A stretch of DNA of 64,000 nt from an uncultured Acidobacteriaceae bacterium. GTDB lineage: Bacteria > Acidobacteriota > Terriglobia > Terriglobales > Acidobacteriaceae. The stretch spans positions 21,657 through 85,656 of the forward strand of contig CAWCJR010000002.1 in the NCBI GenBank assembly GCA_963796015.1, read 5' to 3'. The position numbers and the translations under genes were made by a program. Shown in pieces: positions 51,579-59,840 of this stretch. Positions within the stretch are counted from its first letter, which is position 1; every line of letters starts with the position of its first letter. The notes beneath the pieces were generated by a model. It did no database searches, had not been told where the DNA came from, and was given only the letters and a program-made list of their open reading frames with translations.

Positions 51579-53198
51579 CTAGGTTTTCGGGCGAATTCTT
51601 TCTGCAAGTTCACTTCGAGGCACGGAAACCTGTTCGCCGGTCTCCTGATTCTTGAGCGCGAACGCGCCGGTAACTACCTCGTTCTCACCGACAATCAGAA
51701 CTTGCCGCGCCCCAAGTTTGGCCGCAGTCTCAAAAGATTTTTTTAAGCGAAAAGTTTCGTCGCCAAGTTCGGTGACGATATCCTGACGACGAAGTTCTCG
51801 CGCGAGTCGCGCGGCCTCGCGGTCCATGCCTGCTCCAAGAGGCGCGATATAAACATCGGGCTTGGGCTGGACGGACTCCGCGGACTCCTGTAATGCCAGT
51901 GTCAGACGATCCTCGCCGATGGCGAAACCGATGCCGGGAGCTTGCGGTCCTCCGAGGGACTCGGAAAGTCCGTCATAGCGGCCGCCTCCGAGAATTGCGT
52001 TTTGCGCGCCCAGTGCTCCGTGCGTGAATTCGAAAGCCGTGCGAGTGTAGTAATCCAAGCCGCGCACCAGCCGGTCGTTTAAATGAAAATCAACCCCAAC
52101 GTATCTCAGGATTTCCTGAACCGCCTGAAAATGTTTTCGGCATGGCTCGTCGAGAAACTGGCTGATGCGCGGCAACGATTCGATGACTGGCTGATCTTCT
52201 GGAACTTTGCAGTCAAAAACTCGCAAAGGATTCGTCACCGCGCGGCGCTGGCAATCCGAGCACATGGTTGCGGCAACCGGTTCGATCGCTTTGCGCAACG
52301 CTTCGTTGTAGGCGGCGCGGTCGTTGGCGCAGCCGACCGAATTCAGTTGTAGAGTCCAGCCTTTGATTCCGAGCCGGTCAAGCAATGTCGCCAGCAGTTC
52401 GAGGATTTCCGCATCGCGCGCGGGCGACTCACTACCGGAGCTGGCCGGCCCAATCACTTCGGCGCCGATTTGATAGAACTGCCGGTAGCGTCCTTTCTGC
52501 GGACGCTCACGGCGAAACTGCGGGCCGATGTAGTAGAGCTTTTGCAGTCCGCGTTCTCCGAGATTGTGCTCGATGTAGGCGCGGACAACGCCCGCAGTGT
52601 TTTCGGGACGCAGGGTTAGCGACTGCGAGCTTGAGAAATAATTTCCGGGAAAGCCCTCTATTTCCACATCTTCCTTCTCGACCCATGGGGAACTGGTGGA
52701 CATTGTGTCCGGAACTACCAGGCGAAGGCGGATCGGAAGGTTAACGAATTCCTGTGAATAATGGCTTCTAGCAACGCCGCGGGCCTTCATCAAAGCAGCA
52801 ATTGAGTCCAAAGAAATCTTCGGTCGAAAGCACACGAATTCGACACTATTGGTTGCCTTCCGCCAAATCTGCCTCTGAATTCCCAGTGGTTTGATGCCGG
52901 ACAAAAATGGCGCTCCTTCTTGAAAAAAGACCCTGTCTTCGTTTGCCTTGGACCACGCGTCGAAAAGCTTCTTATCATCAAATCGTTCACCGCTCTCCCA
53001 CGTGTACATTTCTTTGGCGACAATGTCCGTTTCTTCTCCAACGCTTCGAGAAAAAAGTTCGGTGCTCTCAAAAATTGGTGTGCGAATCTCGTGGAAGTTA
53101 TAAGCGCGGAACACATCGCGTACCGTTGCTTCGGCGGAATTCCACAGCGCGGTTTCGGGCGGAAGAAGGTCGCGCGTTCCTCGGACAGCTTTAATCAT
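51579..53198 (-). CDS. hisS: histidine--tRNA ligase with a ~120-aa insertion in the catalytic core
   Basis: RGTRDLLP, KEMYTW, SLTLRPENTAG, YYIGPQFRRERPQKGRYRQFYQIGAEV and GGGRYDGL motifs, plus an anticodon-binding C-domain. It is 539 aa against the usual ~420 aa. The extra segment is residues ~69-192 (nt ~52623..52994). Confidence 0.9.
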   Translation of the reverse strand: MIKAVRGTRDLLPPETALWNSAEATVRDVFRAYNFHEIRTPIFESTELFSRSVGEETDIVAKEMYTWESGERFDDKKLFDAWSKANEDRVFFQEGAPFLSGIKPLGIQRQIWRKATNSVEFVCFRPKISLDSIAALMKARGVARSHYSQEFVNLPIRLRLVVPDTMSTSSPWVEKEDVEIEGFPGNYFSSSQSLTLRPENTAGVVRAYIEHNLGERGLQKLYYIGPQFRRERPQKGRYRQFYQIGAEVIGPASSGSESPARDAEILELLATLLDRLGIKGWTLQLNSVGCANDRAAYNEALRKAIEPVAATMCSDCQRRAVTNPLRVFDCKVPEDQPVIESLPRISQFLDEPCRKHFQAVQEILRYVGVDFHLNDRLVRGLDYYTRTAFEFTHGALGAQNAILGGGRYDGLSESLGGPQAPGIGFAIGEDRLTLALQESAESVQPKPDVYIAPLGAGMDREAARLARELRRQDIVTELGDETFRLKKSFETAAKLGARQVLIVGENEVVTGAFALKNQETGEQVSVPRSELAERIRPKT

Positions 53199-53305
53199 AA
53201 GATTGAGTGTTAGAAGAATACCGCAAAACTCACGTAGGCCCGGACGTACTCGTTATGGGCTTGGTGTTCCCGGTCCGCAACCATTACACTGGTAGGGAAA
53301 GAAAA

Positions 53306-54013
53306 ATGTCTTCCCAAAATACAATTCCCCAAGGTTCGCCGGAAGACTCTACATACGAACCCGATTTTTCTCCGCCTGCGAGCCTGACGCAGCCGTTGTG
53401 GAGGTCTCTGCTGGGGAATTTGCGCGATAAGTTTTCTCCCGAGATACTGCCACCTTTAGTTCTCACTTCGCGTCCTGTGGATACCGGAATGCTCGCTGGA
53501 GACGTTCTGAGCCTTCCTTGGTATCGGACCATTTTTACGAATCTAGGCGACGTGATCTCCCCAGAAACTTTGCCGCCGCTGCAATTGGAGTCGCTCCCTG
53601 TTGATCTCGGCGAACTGATCGGCGATCAACTGAATCATATGTGGTGGACATCTCTTCTACGAAATCTGGCCGATGCCGCCGCGCCGGAAAGACAGAGTCC
53701 GCTTCAGTTAACTTCGATGCCGGCCGATCCAGGTTTTACTCCTGGATATTTGCTTCTGGTGCACTGGTCCGCTGTGATCAGCGGGCCTAAAGCTCTTCTC
53801 CCGGCTAAGCCGAAGCTTACTTATACCGGCATCGGACGGACGAACACTTCCGAACCCAAACCGCAAATTGATCCGGGAGAGCTCGAGTTTATCCGGGGAC
53901 TAGAGATTGATTTGAAAAGAGATCTGCGGCGTTCGCGCTTCCGGCAGCGAATCTGGTTTACGCTTGTCACCGCTCAAGTGGCTCTGCTGGTAGCTGGCTT
54001 CTTCTGGAAGTGA
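53306..54013 (+). CDS. tail-anchored protein with three ~41-aa N-terminal repeats; unknown function
   Basis: ATG 53306 follows GGTAGGGAAAG. Repeats are LWRSLLGNLRDKFSPEILPPLVLTSRPVD.., WYRTIFTNLGDVISPETLPPLQLESLPVD.. and WWTSLLRNLADAAAPERQSPLQLTSMPAD... C-terminal TM helix IWFTLVTAQVALLVAGFFW. Confidence 0.65.
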   Translation: MSSQNTIPQGSPEDSTYEPDFSPPASLTQPLWRSLLGNLRDKFSPEILPPLVLTSRPVDTGMLAGDVLSLPWYRTIFTNLGDVISPETLPPLQLESLPVDLGELIGDQLNHMWWTSLLRNLADAAAPERQSPLQLTSMPADPGFTPGYLLLVHWSAVISGPKALLPAKPKLTYTGIGRTNTSEPKPQIDPGELEFIRGLEIDLKRDLRRSRFRQRIWFTLVTAQVALLVAGFFWK

Positions 54014-54038
54014 TTTAAATCAGCAAATACTTCAAAAG

Positions 54039-54058
54039 GACGGGCGAGGACGCCCGTC
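54039..54058. terminator. REP-type hairpin placed as a bidirectional terminator between convergent genes
   Basis: gacgggcgaggacgcccgtc (8-bp stem). T-rich on both sides (cttttg on the minus strand, tctccattaaatttt on the plus strand). Identical to 42871..42890. Confidence 0.5.
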
Positions 54059-54075
54059 TCTCCATTAAATTTTCG

Positions 54076-55341
54076 TTACTTTCCGGAAAGTTCAGGCGGA
54101 TCGAAAAAGCACTGCCTCCAGATCGCTTGGTCGGACACAGGGCCCGCAACCCATTCTTTCAGCATTCCTAATGTCGCGGCTATCATCCCGCCATCGTCCG
54201 AATCGAAAATCACTACAATCCCGGCAGGAGTGTCCGCGGCTGCCGCCACTGTTGAATACTCTTTCATGAACAACGCCTTGGCAAATTGAAGTCTTGCCTC
54301 CGCTCCGGTGGACCGTTCGTTTTCGTTCGCTTTTTGAACGGTGACAATCTTGACGATTTTTCCTCGGAGAGGTTCCCAATCGCCGGGGAATGGCGCGATT
54401 TGTTCATGGCTGATTCGAAACTCTTCGACCGCGTTTTGAGTTGCTACGCCAAGCTGCTTCGCGCCGGAAAAATCTTCGGGCATTTCCAGCGCGGAGCGGC
54501 GAATCCATCCGCGCGAAAGACCCGAAATCCGCACGTGCACCCAACTAGAGTTGATATCCAGGATTTCGAATTCGTCTCCCGCGGTTGCCGGAAATAAGAT
54601 TTTTGCATCGGCGTTGGGGCTCTGCAAAATTGGGGTGCCCGTTTTTTTGACTGCCGCTAAATTAGTGGGCTGGGCTTGGTTTTGCAGAATTTCTTCCAGG
54701 CTCTTGGCTTCCTCGGCCAATTCCTGCTCATGTTTCTCCAGGGCGTCAGTCTGCGATTGCAATGCTCCCGCGTTCGAATCCGGAAGCGCTATTGCCGAAG
54801 CGTGGAGAGCGCTTTCTGGGATGCGGGGCATCGGAGCTGAAATTGACGGCTCGTCCCCGTGGGCCACAGAGGCGGGAGGGGCTGAACTTTTTTCCTGCTC
54901 TGATCCTGCATTTCCTAAGCGCGTGCCCAGCGCGTCCCCAATCTGATCCAACAGGTCTGCTTCAATCCTCCCATTCGACGGCAAGGTCTGATACCCCGAA
55001 CGAGATACAACTGGATCCGCATACCACGCTGTGATTTTTGCGTTGACTCGAACTCTCGTGCCGCCTGATGGAAGGGCAATGATTTGAACCGTGCACTGAT
55101 AATATCCGCGCCGGAAGCGATCTAACGGGCGTTCTCCTGGAATTGTGAACCCATCCAACACGGGAAGACGCCCGGCAACCGAAGACGAGAGCGTCTTCAT
55201 AACTTTTTCAATCGCAACTTTGGATTGAGGAAACGTCCGTTCATTTGGGGAATTCTGATTCTCGCTGCAAGGAGTAACGACACAAGACGCAGTTAAGAAC
55301 AGAATCAATCCGCAGAGGCGTTGCCAGCGCTCACGTTTCAC
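54076..55341 (-). CDS. lipoprotein with N-terminal beta-domain, coiled-coil linker and bacterial SH3-like domain
   Basis: The probable GTG start at 55341 overlaps the upstream stop (GTGA). Lipobox LFLTASC. SH3b-like TPILQSPNADAKILFPATAGDEFEILDINSSWVHVRISGLSRGWIRRSAL. Confidence 0.6.
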   Translation of the reverse strand: MKRERWQRLCGLILFLTASCVVTPCSENQNSPNERTFPQSKVAIEKVMKTLSSSVAGRLPVLDGFTIPGERPLDRFRRGYYQCTVQIIALPSGGTRVRVNAKITAWYADPVVSRSGYQTLPSNGRIEADLLDQIGDALGTRLGNAGSEQEKSSAPPASVAHGDEPSISAPMPRIPESALHASAIALPDSNAGALQSQTDALEKHEQELAEEAKSLEEILQNQAQPTNLAAVKKTGTPILQSPNADAKILFPATAGDEFEILDINSSWVHVRISGLSRGWIRRSALEMPEDFSGAKQLGVATQNAVEEFRISHEQIAPFPGDWEPLRGKIVKIVTVQKANENERSTGAEARLQFAKALFMKEYSTVAAAADTPAGIVVIFDSDDGGMIAATLGMLKEWVAGPVSDQAIWRQCFFDPPELSGK

Positions 55342-56222
55342 GGCAAAGCCTCGACCTGGTCGTGAAAGAGCCACCCGTGTTGTCCGTCCTGAGTCTCGAT
55401 GCCGTACCAGTAAGGCGTCACAATCAAAATGACTACTTCCGTACCGGGGATGAGAGGTTTGAGCGTACTCGCGGTGTGAAAAGGCGCTGACTTGAGGGCC
55501 GCGCCGGAGGCCACGACTCGGCGTTCCACCTGGTGCCGTAAATCCTGTACGTGTTGTTCCATGGTCTGGCTTGAGACTCGAGCGGCGGCCAGGCGGGATG
55601 CTCCATTGTCGTCGGTGGGAGTACGACGCAGTTCGCGTCTGGCGAGGTCCAGTTCGCCTTTTTTGGTGGCCTCTTCGGTTTCTTTTTGCCGCAGGTGCAT
55701 CTGGTCGAGATGATCGGTAATGTCCTTATACTCACTGGATTCCACCATGCCGTCGGAAGGATGGACGGTTCGCCGAAAATCTTCGACAAAGACGGCGTCA
55801 ATACGCAAGTTGGTCTTGGCTGGGCCGGCGCTTTGCACGATGTATCGCACCGCGAGCGTGCCTACATCACCGCCTTCTTTGAAATTACGCGGATCCAGAG
55901 CTTCGGCACGAACCTTGTAAAAAGCCTTCCCTGGGCCGGTCCATGCAGGGAATACGGGCGTTGAGGCAACGGAAGACGCTCCACTAATGTTCTCGTCTTT
56001 GTTGTATTCCCTGGTTCCCTGGATGATCCCGTCGTCGGCGACGTCCTCCACCGCCTGCAAAACTTCGCTTTCGGGTGATTCGATTTCCACACGCAGGCCC
56101 GCGCCATAATCAACCCTCCTAGCCTTTTCGCGCGCTTGCAGCGGGGAGATCAATATGACCACGATGAGTGTCCCCAATAAAGCATGCAGCATTGAGAAAT
56201 AGTGTTCGCGTGAGATTCTCAT
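55338..56222 (-). CDS. secreted protein, paralogous architecture (beta-domain, coiled coil, C-terminal SH3-like domain)
   Basis: Signal/anchor LLGTLIVVILISPLQA. C-terminal SH3b-like LKSAPFHTASTLKPLIPGTEVVILIVTPYWYGIETQDGQHGWLFHDQV. Confidence 0.6.
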   Translation of the reverse strand: MRISREHYFSMLHALLGTLIVVILISPLQAREKARRVDYGAGLRVEIESPESEVLQAVEDVADDGIIQGTREYNKDENISGASSVASTPVFPAWTGPGKAFYKVRAEALDPRNFKEGGDVGTLAVRYIVQSAGPAKTNLRIDAVFVEDFRRTVHPSDGMVESSEYKDITDHLDQMHLRQKETEEATKKGELDLARRELRRTPTDDNGASRLAAARVSSQTMEQHVQDLRHQVERRVVASGAALKSAPFHTASTLKPLIPGTEVVILIVTPYWYGIETQDGQHGWLFHDQVEALP

Positions 56223-56515
56223 AAAACAAAACTAGTTTGAAATCACAGGCTTCATGGAGTCATCCGGTCACCAGGCAAACATTATCATTCATCATTCCCG
56301 AACGTACTCGAGTTATGGCCCATAGTCCCGGAATTTTTCATGCGCGGTATCGAATTGATTTCTGCATTCATTGTTTAGTTGCGTTGTCTCAGCATTTCTG
56401 ATTTTCTTGACACACGCATAACCGACATGATCATTTTGTGCGCTTCGCACGCACGTCTTGGGTGCGCGAAGAAGTCTGTGAGGGTGGTCTCGATTTGCCT
56501 GGTCAGGAGGGATGA

Positions 56516-57889
56516 ATGACTTCGTTCCGCAGAAGTCTTGCGTCTGGATTGCTTTTTGTCTTTGTAGTTCTCGGATTTTCCTCTGACGCCCACGCCTTAC
56601 CAGCCTTCGCCCGAAAATACGGACTGCGCTGTTCGGCATGCCACGAAGCATGGCCAATGCTCAATTATTTCGGACAGAAGTTCAAAGACAACGGCTATCA
56701 GTTGATGAATGACAGGGACTCGCCAATTTGGCAGAACCCATCATACTGGCCGGTAGTGTTTCGCATTACCCCAAACTGGCACCGGGAAAGCAGCAACAAG
56801 GTCTTGGTAGATACGCCTGCTGGCCCTAACTCTGGGGAAGTGCAAGTCACATCGCACGGTTTCGATCTTTCCGGTCTCGACTTCCACACCGCTGGAACGT
56901 TGGACAAGAACATTTCTTTCTATGTGCTTCCCTCGTCCGACGCCACGGCGTCTTTCCACTTTGAGCAGGTCTTCGCACGGCTCGACAACCTCTTTGGCAG
57001 TTCCTGGCTGAACGTAAAACTTGGCAAATTCGAACTCGATAACCTCGTTTCCGAAAAGAGAATCCTGACCCTGACGAGCATTTCCGGAATCTACCAGACT
57101 TATCACTTCATTCCGCAAGGCGACGGCAACATCTTCGGACAAATTGGAGATAACCAACTCGGTGTGGAATGGATGGGCCACTCCGTCAACGATCGTACCC
57201 GTGTCTCCGCTGCACTGCTGAGTTCCAGCGACGGCAATGTGAATCTTTCATATGGGAATTCTTACAGCGGTTTTTTTGCCGCCAGCCAGGCCTTCGACGT
57301 TGGAAGGCTGGGGGTGGACCGCATTGGCGCCTATGCCATGGTCGGAGAGGCTCCGACCACTTATTTAACGCAAAATAATGGAGCCAGCATCATTCCCGGC
57401 GCCGCGCTCGGAAATAAATCCTACAGCCGCGAGGGCTTCGTTGGATTGTTCTACTTTGGCAAACTTGATTTCCTTGCAGTCACTCAGCACGGCTCCGACA
57501 GCGCGTGGTTCGGCGCCGGATATGGCGATCTGCCCGGACGAACGATAACAAACAATAACATTCCTGGCACCGCGCTTCCCGCTGGAGCGCGTGCGCCGGC
57601 GTGGAATGGCTACATGCTGGAAACTCACTACGTTTACAACCCTCAATTGATATTCATTCAGCGGTCAGAATGGGAGCGCATGTCTCAGCAGGCGGATCCC
57701 AGCTAACGCATCCACTTTCGGCGATATTGACATGTACACCATCGGATATCGCTACTACCCCATTATGACCAGCCGTGCGGGCTTTGCATGGCACAACGAG
57801 TATTCGTGGACACGGCAACGTGGAACTGCTCCCGATGGCGGCGACCTCAGCAGCAGCAGTCTTTTACTCGGTTTTGACTTCGACTTCTA
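56516..57889 (+). pseudogene. Cyc2-like fused monoheme cytochrome c-porin (outer membrane); one frame disruption near the 3' end
   Basis: Signal peptide (..FSSDAHA|LP). Single CSACH at nt 56630..56644, within LPAFARKYGLRCSACHEAWPMLNYFGQKFKDNGY. The body is long and beta-strand-like. ORF 56516..57706 stops, but the +1 frame (57651..57889) continues as ..ANASTFGDIDMYTIGYRYYPIMTSRAGFAWHNEYSW...SSLLLGFDFDF*, a typical terminal OMP strand ending in Phe. The likely indel is at the C-run 57698..57700. Confidence 0.65.
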
Positions 57890-57901
57890 GAAGGGACGGC
57901 G

Positions 57902-58810
57902 ATGCGCGCAACTCTCCTGAAATCCCCGTTAGTCGTGAGCGCTACCGTGGGCGTATTTTTCGCGTTATCCGGCTTTTCTTCCGCACAGACTACGAAGTAC
58001 CAGGAAGATCAGCGGTTGGGAATGGAAAGCCACATCGGAAACGTAACCGGCCATGCCAAATCCGCTGAAGCTGACTACCGGCGTTATTGCGTGGGCTGTC
58101 ATGGCGAAGAAGGCGACGGAATGGGTGAGAACGAACCATGGCTCGACCCCAAACCCCGGAACTTCACGCTCGGCCAGTTCAAGTGCCGCTCTACCCCGAC
58201 TGGCACATTACCCACCGATGAGGATCTCTTCAATACGATCGCTCGCGGACTCGATCGTTCGAATATGCCCCAATGGAATACATTTACAAGGCAGCAGCAA
58301 GCTGACCTGGTTGCATACGTCAAACACTTCTCGCCAAAGTTCCAGACGGAGAAGCCCGGGACTCCGATACAGATTCCTTCTGAACCGGAAGTCACCGCGG
58401 ATAGGATTAAAGGCGGCCAGATATTGTTCCAAAAGCTGGAATGCTGGAAGTGTCATGGTGTCGAAGGAAGGGCGAACGGCCCTTCGGCCGACACTTTGCA
58501 GGATGATGAGAACCGTCCCATCAAGGCGTACGACTTCACTGAGGGCGCCCGGCCTAAGTGTGGAAGTTCCGATCAGGATCTCTATCGAATCTTTATGACC
58601 GGGCTGGACGGCACTCCAATGCCATCCTACGCCGACAACGTTAAGCCGGAAGAAGCTTGGGAGTTGGTTTTTTACTTGCGCACGTTGCAACCGATGCACT
58701 CTAAAGAAAAGGAAATTGCCAAGCAACTTGGATTGAAGCCAATTGATCCAAATGCGCCGGTTCCGGAGACAACGCCTGCGGCAACGCCGGCGCCTGCTCC
58801 TCAACACTAA
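57902..58810 (+). CDS. periplasmic diheme c-type cytochrome
   Basis: Signal peptide. Two class-I modules with CVGCH and CWKCH, each followed by a ..MP.. Met-ligand region (SNMPQW, GTPMPSY). Starts 12 nt after the porin stop. Confidence 0.85.
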   Translation: MRATLLKSPLVVSATVGVFFALSGFSSAQTTKYQEDQRLGMESHIGNVTGHAKSAEADYRRYCVGCHGEEGDGMGENEPWLDPKPRNFTLGQFKCRSTPTGTLPTDEDLFNTIARGLDRSNMPQWNTFTRQQQADLVAYVKHFSPKFQTEKPGTPIQIPSEPEVTADRIKGGQILFQKLECWKCHGVEGRANGPSADTLQDDENRPIKAYDFTEGARPKCGSSDQDLYRIFMTGLDGTPMPSYADNVKPEEAWELVFYLRTLQPMHSKEKEIAKQLGLKPIDPNAPVPETTPAATPAPAPQH

Positions 58811-58829
58811 ACCAGATCGGGAGCATTCC

Positions 58830-59570
58830 ATGAAGACCGGATACAAATACAAGTTGGCCGCACTCTCTAGTGCATTCCTATTGCTGGCGCTTGTAGTAAT
58901 CATGGGCCGAAAGGCGGATGCTGCCCCGCCAACCGGAAGCAGTATCACTGGGACTGTAAAGCTCACTGGGACGCCTCCGCAGGAGAAAGCGATTGATATG
59001 TCAGCGGAACCGAGTTGCGCGAAGGAACACGCCGGCAGTCCGCTCAGAGCGGAACACGTTGTTGTAGGCCCGAATGGAGGCCTGCAAAACGTTGTCATCT
59101 ACGTTTCGCAGGGTCTCTCAGGCAATGAGGCGGCCTCTACCGAGGTGCAAACCTGGAATCAAAAGGGCTGCCAGTATATTCCCCATGTTCTCGCGCTAAA
59201 CCCGGGCCAGCACTTCAAAGTCGTAAACAGTGATCAAACATCCCACAACATCCATCCGCAACCCAGGAACAATTCAGAATGGAATAAAGCACAGCAGCCG
59301 GGATCTCCAGCTTTCGATTTAACGTGGGCGAATCCGGAAATCCCAATCATCGTGAAGTGCAACATTCATCCCTGGATGCGTGGTTATATGGCAGTCGTAA
59401 AGGGACCATACGCGGTCACCGATAACACTGGCGACTTCAGGCTTGATGGATTGGCGCCGGGCAGCTACACATTAACCGCATGGCAAGAAGAGTATGGAAC
59501 GCAGACTCAGAAAGTGACCGTAGCGGCAGGGAAACCAACCTCGGTGAGCTTTACCTATAAGGCGAAGTAG
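58830..59570 (+). CDS. secreted cupredoxin-core protein flanked by CarboxypepD_reg-like segments (MauL-like)
   Basis: ATG 58830 follows GGGAG, 19 nt after the upstream stop. ITGTVKLTG.. at the N-terminus and TDNTGDFRLDGLAPGSYTLTAW.. at the C-terminus are CarboxypepD_reg-like. The core has VVNSDQTSHNIHP and VKCNIHPWMRGYMAVV (Cys-X2-His-X2-Met). Confidence 0.7.
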   Translation: MKTGYKYKLAALSSAFLLLALVVIMGRKADAAPPTGSSITGTVKLTGTPPQEKAIDMSAEPSCAKEHAGSPLRAEHVVVGPNGGLQNVVIYVSQGLSGNEAASTEVQTWNQKGCQYIPHVLALNPGQHFKVVNSDQTSHNIHPQPRNNSEWNKAQQPGSPAFDLTWANPEIPIIVKCNIHPWMRGYMAVVKGPYAVTDNTGDFRLDGLAPGSYTLTAWQEEYGTQTQKVTVAAGKPTSVSFTYKAK

Positions 59571-59840
59571 AAAATGGCGATGATTCTTTCCGGGGCCGCC
59601 AATCGTCGCATATGATTATTTATGACCTGACAGCTTCGAATACTGGTGGGCGCGCCATTTTCCAGTTACCATTGTAGGTTCGGCTAAACTGACTGATACG
59701 GACGGGCTCACAAGTCACGACAATCCTCCATCAGGACTAGTGGTGCTGCTTATTTTGCTGCCGGCGTTTTCGCAAAGTTACCGGCAAAGGGATTTAGGCG
59801 GCTCCGCGCGGAACCAAATGGACACTGGTAACAGGAGAGC

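Noticed and set aside
52623-52994. Intein or mobile-element insertion as the explanation for the HisRS insertion
   Set aside because: There is no N-terminal Cys/Ser/Thr nucleophile, no C-terminal His-Asn plus nucleophile, no homing-endonuclease motifs, no flanking direct or inverted repeats, and the reading frame is continuous. It is kept as an insertion domain of unknown origin instead.
56407-56440. Sigma-70-like promoter (TTGACA at 56407..56412) upstream of the Cyc2-like operon
   Set aside because: A perfect -35 hexamer is present, but the best -10 candidate at 17-18 nt spacing (atcatt/tcattt) is weak, and promoter consensus in this phylum is uncertain. It is not reported as a feature.
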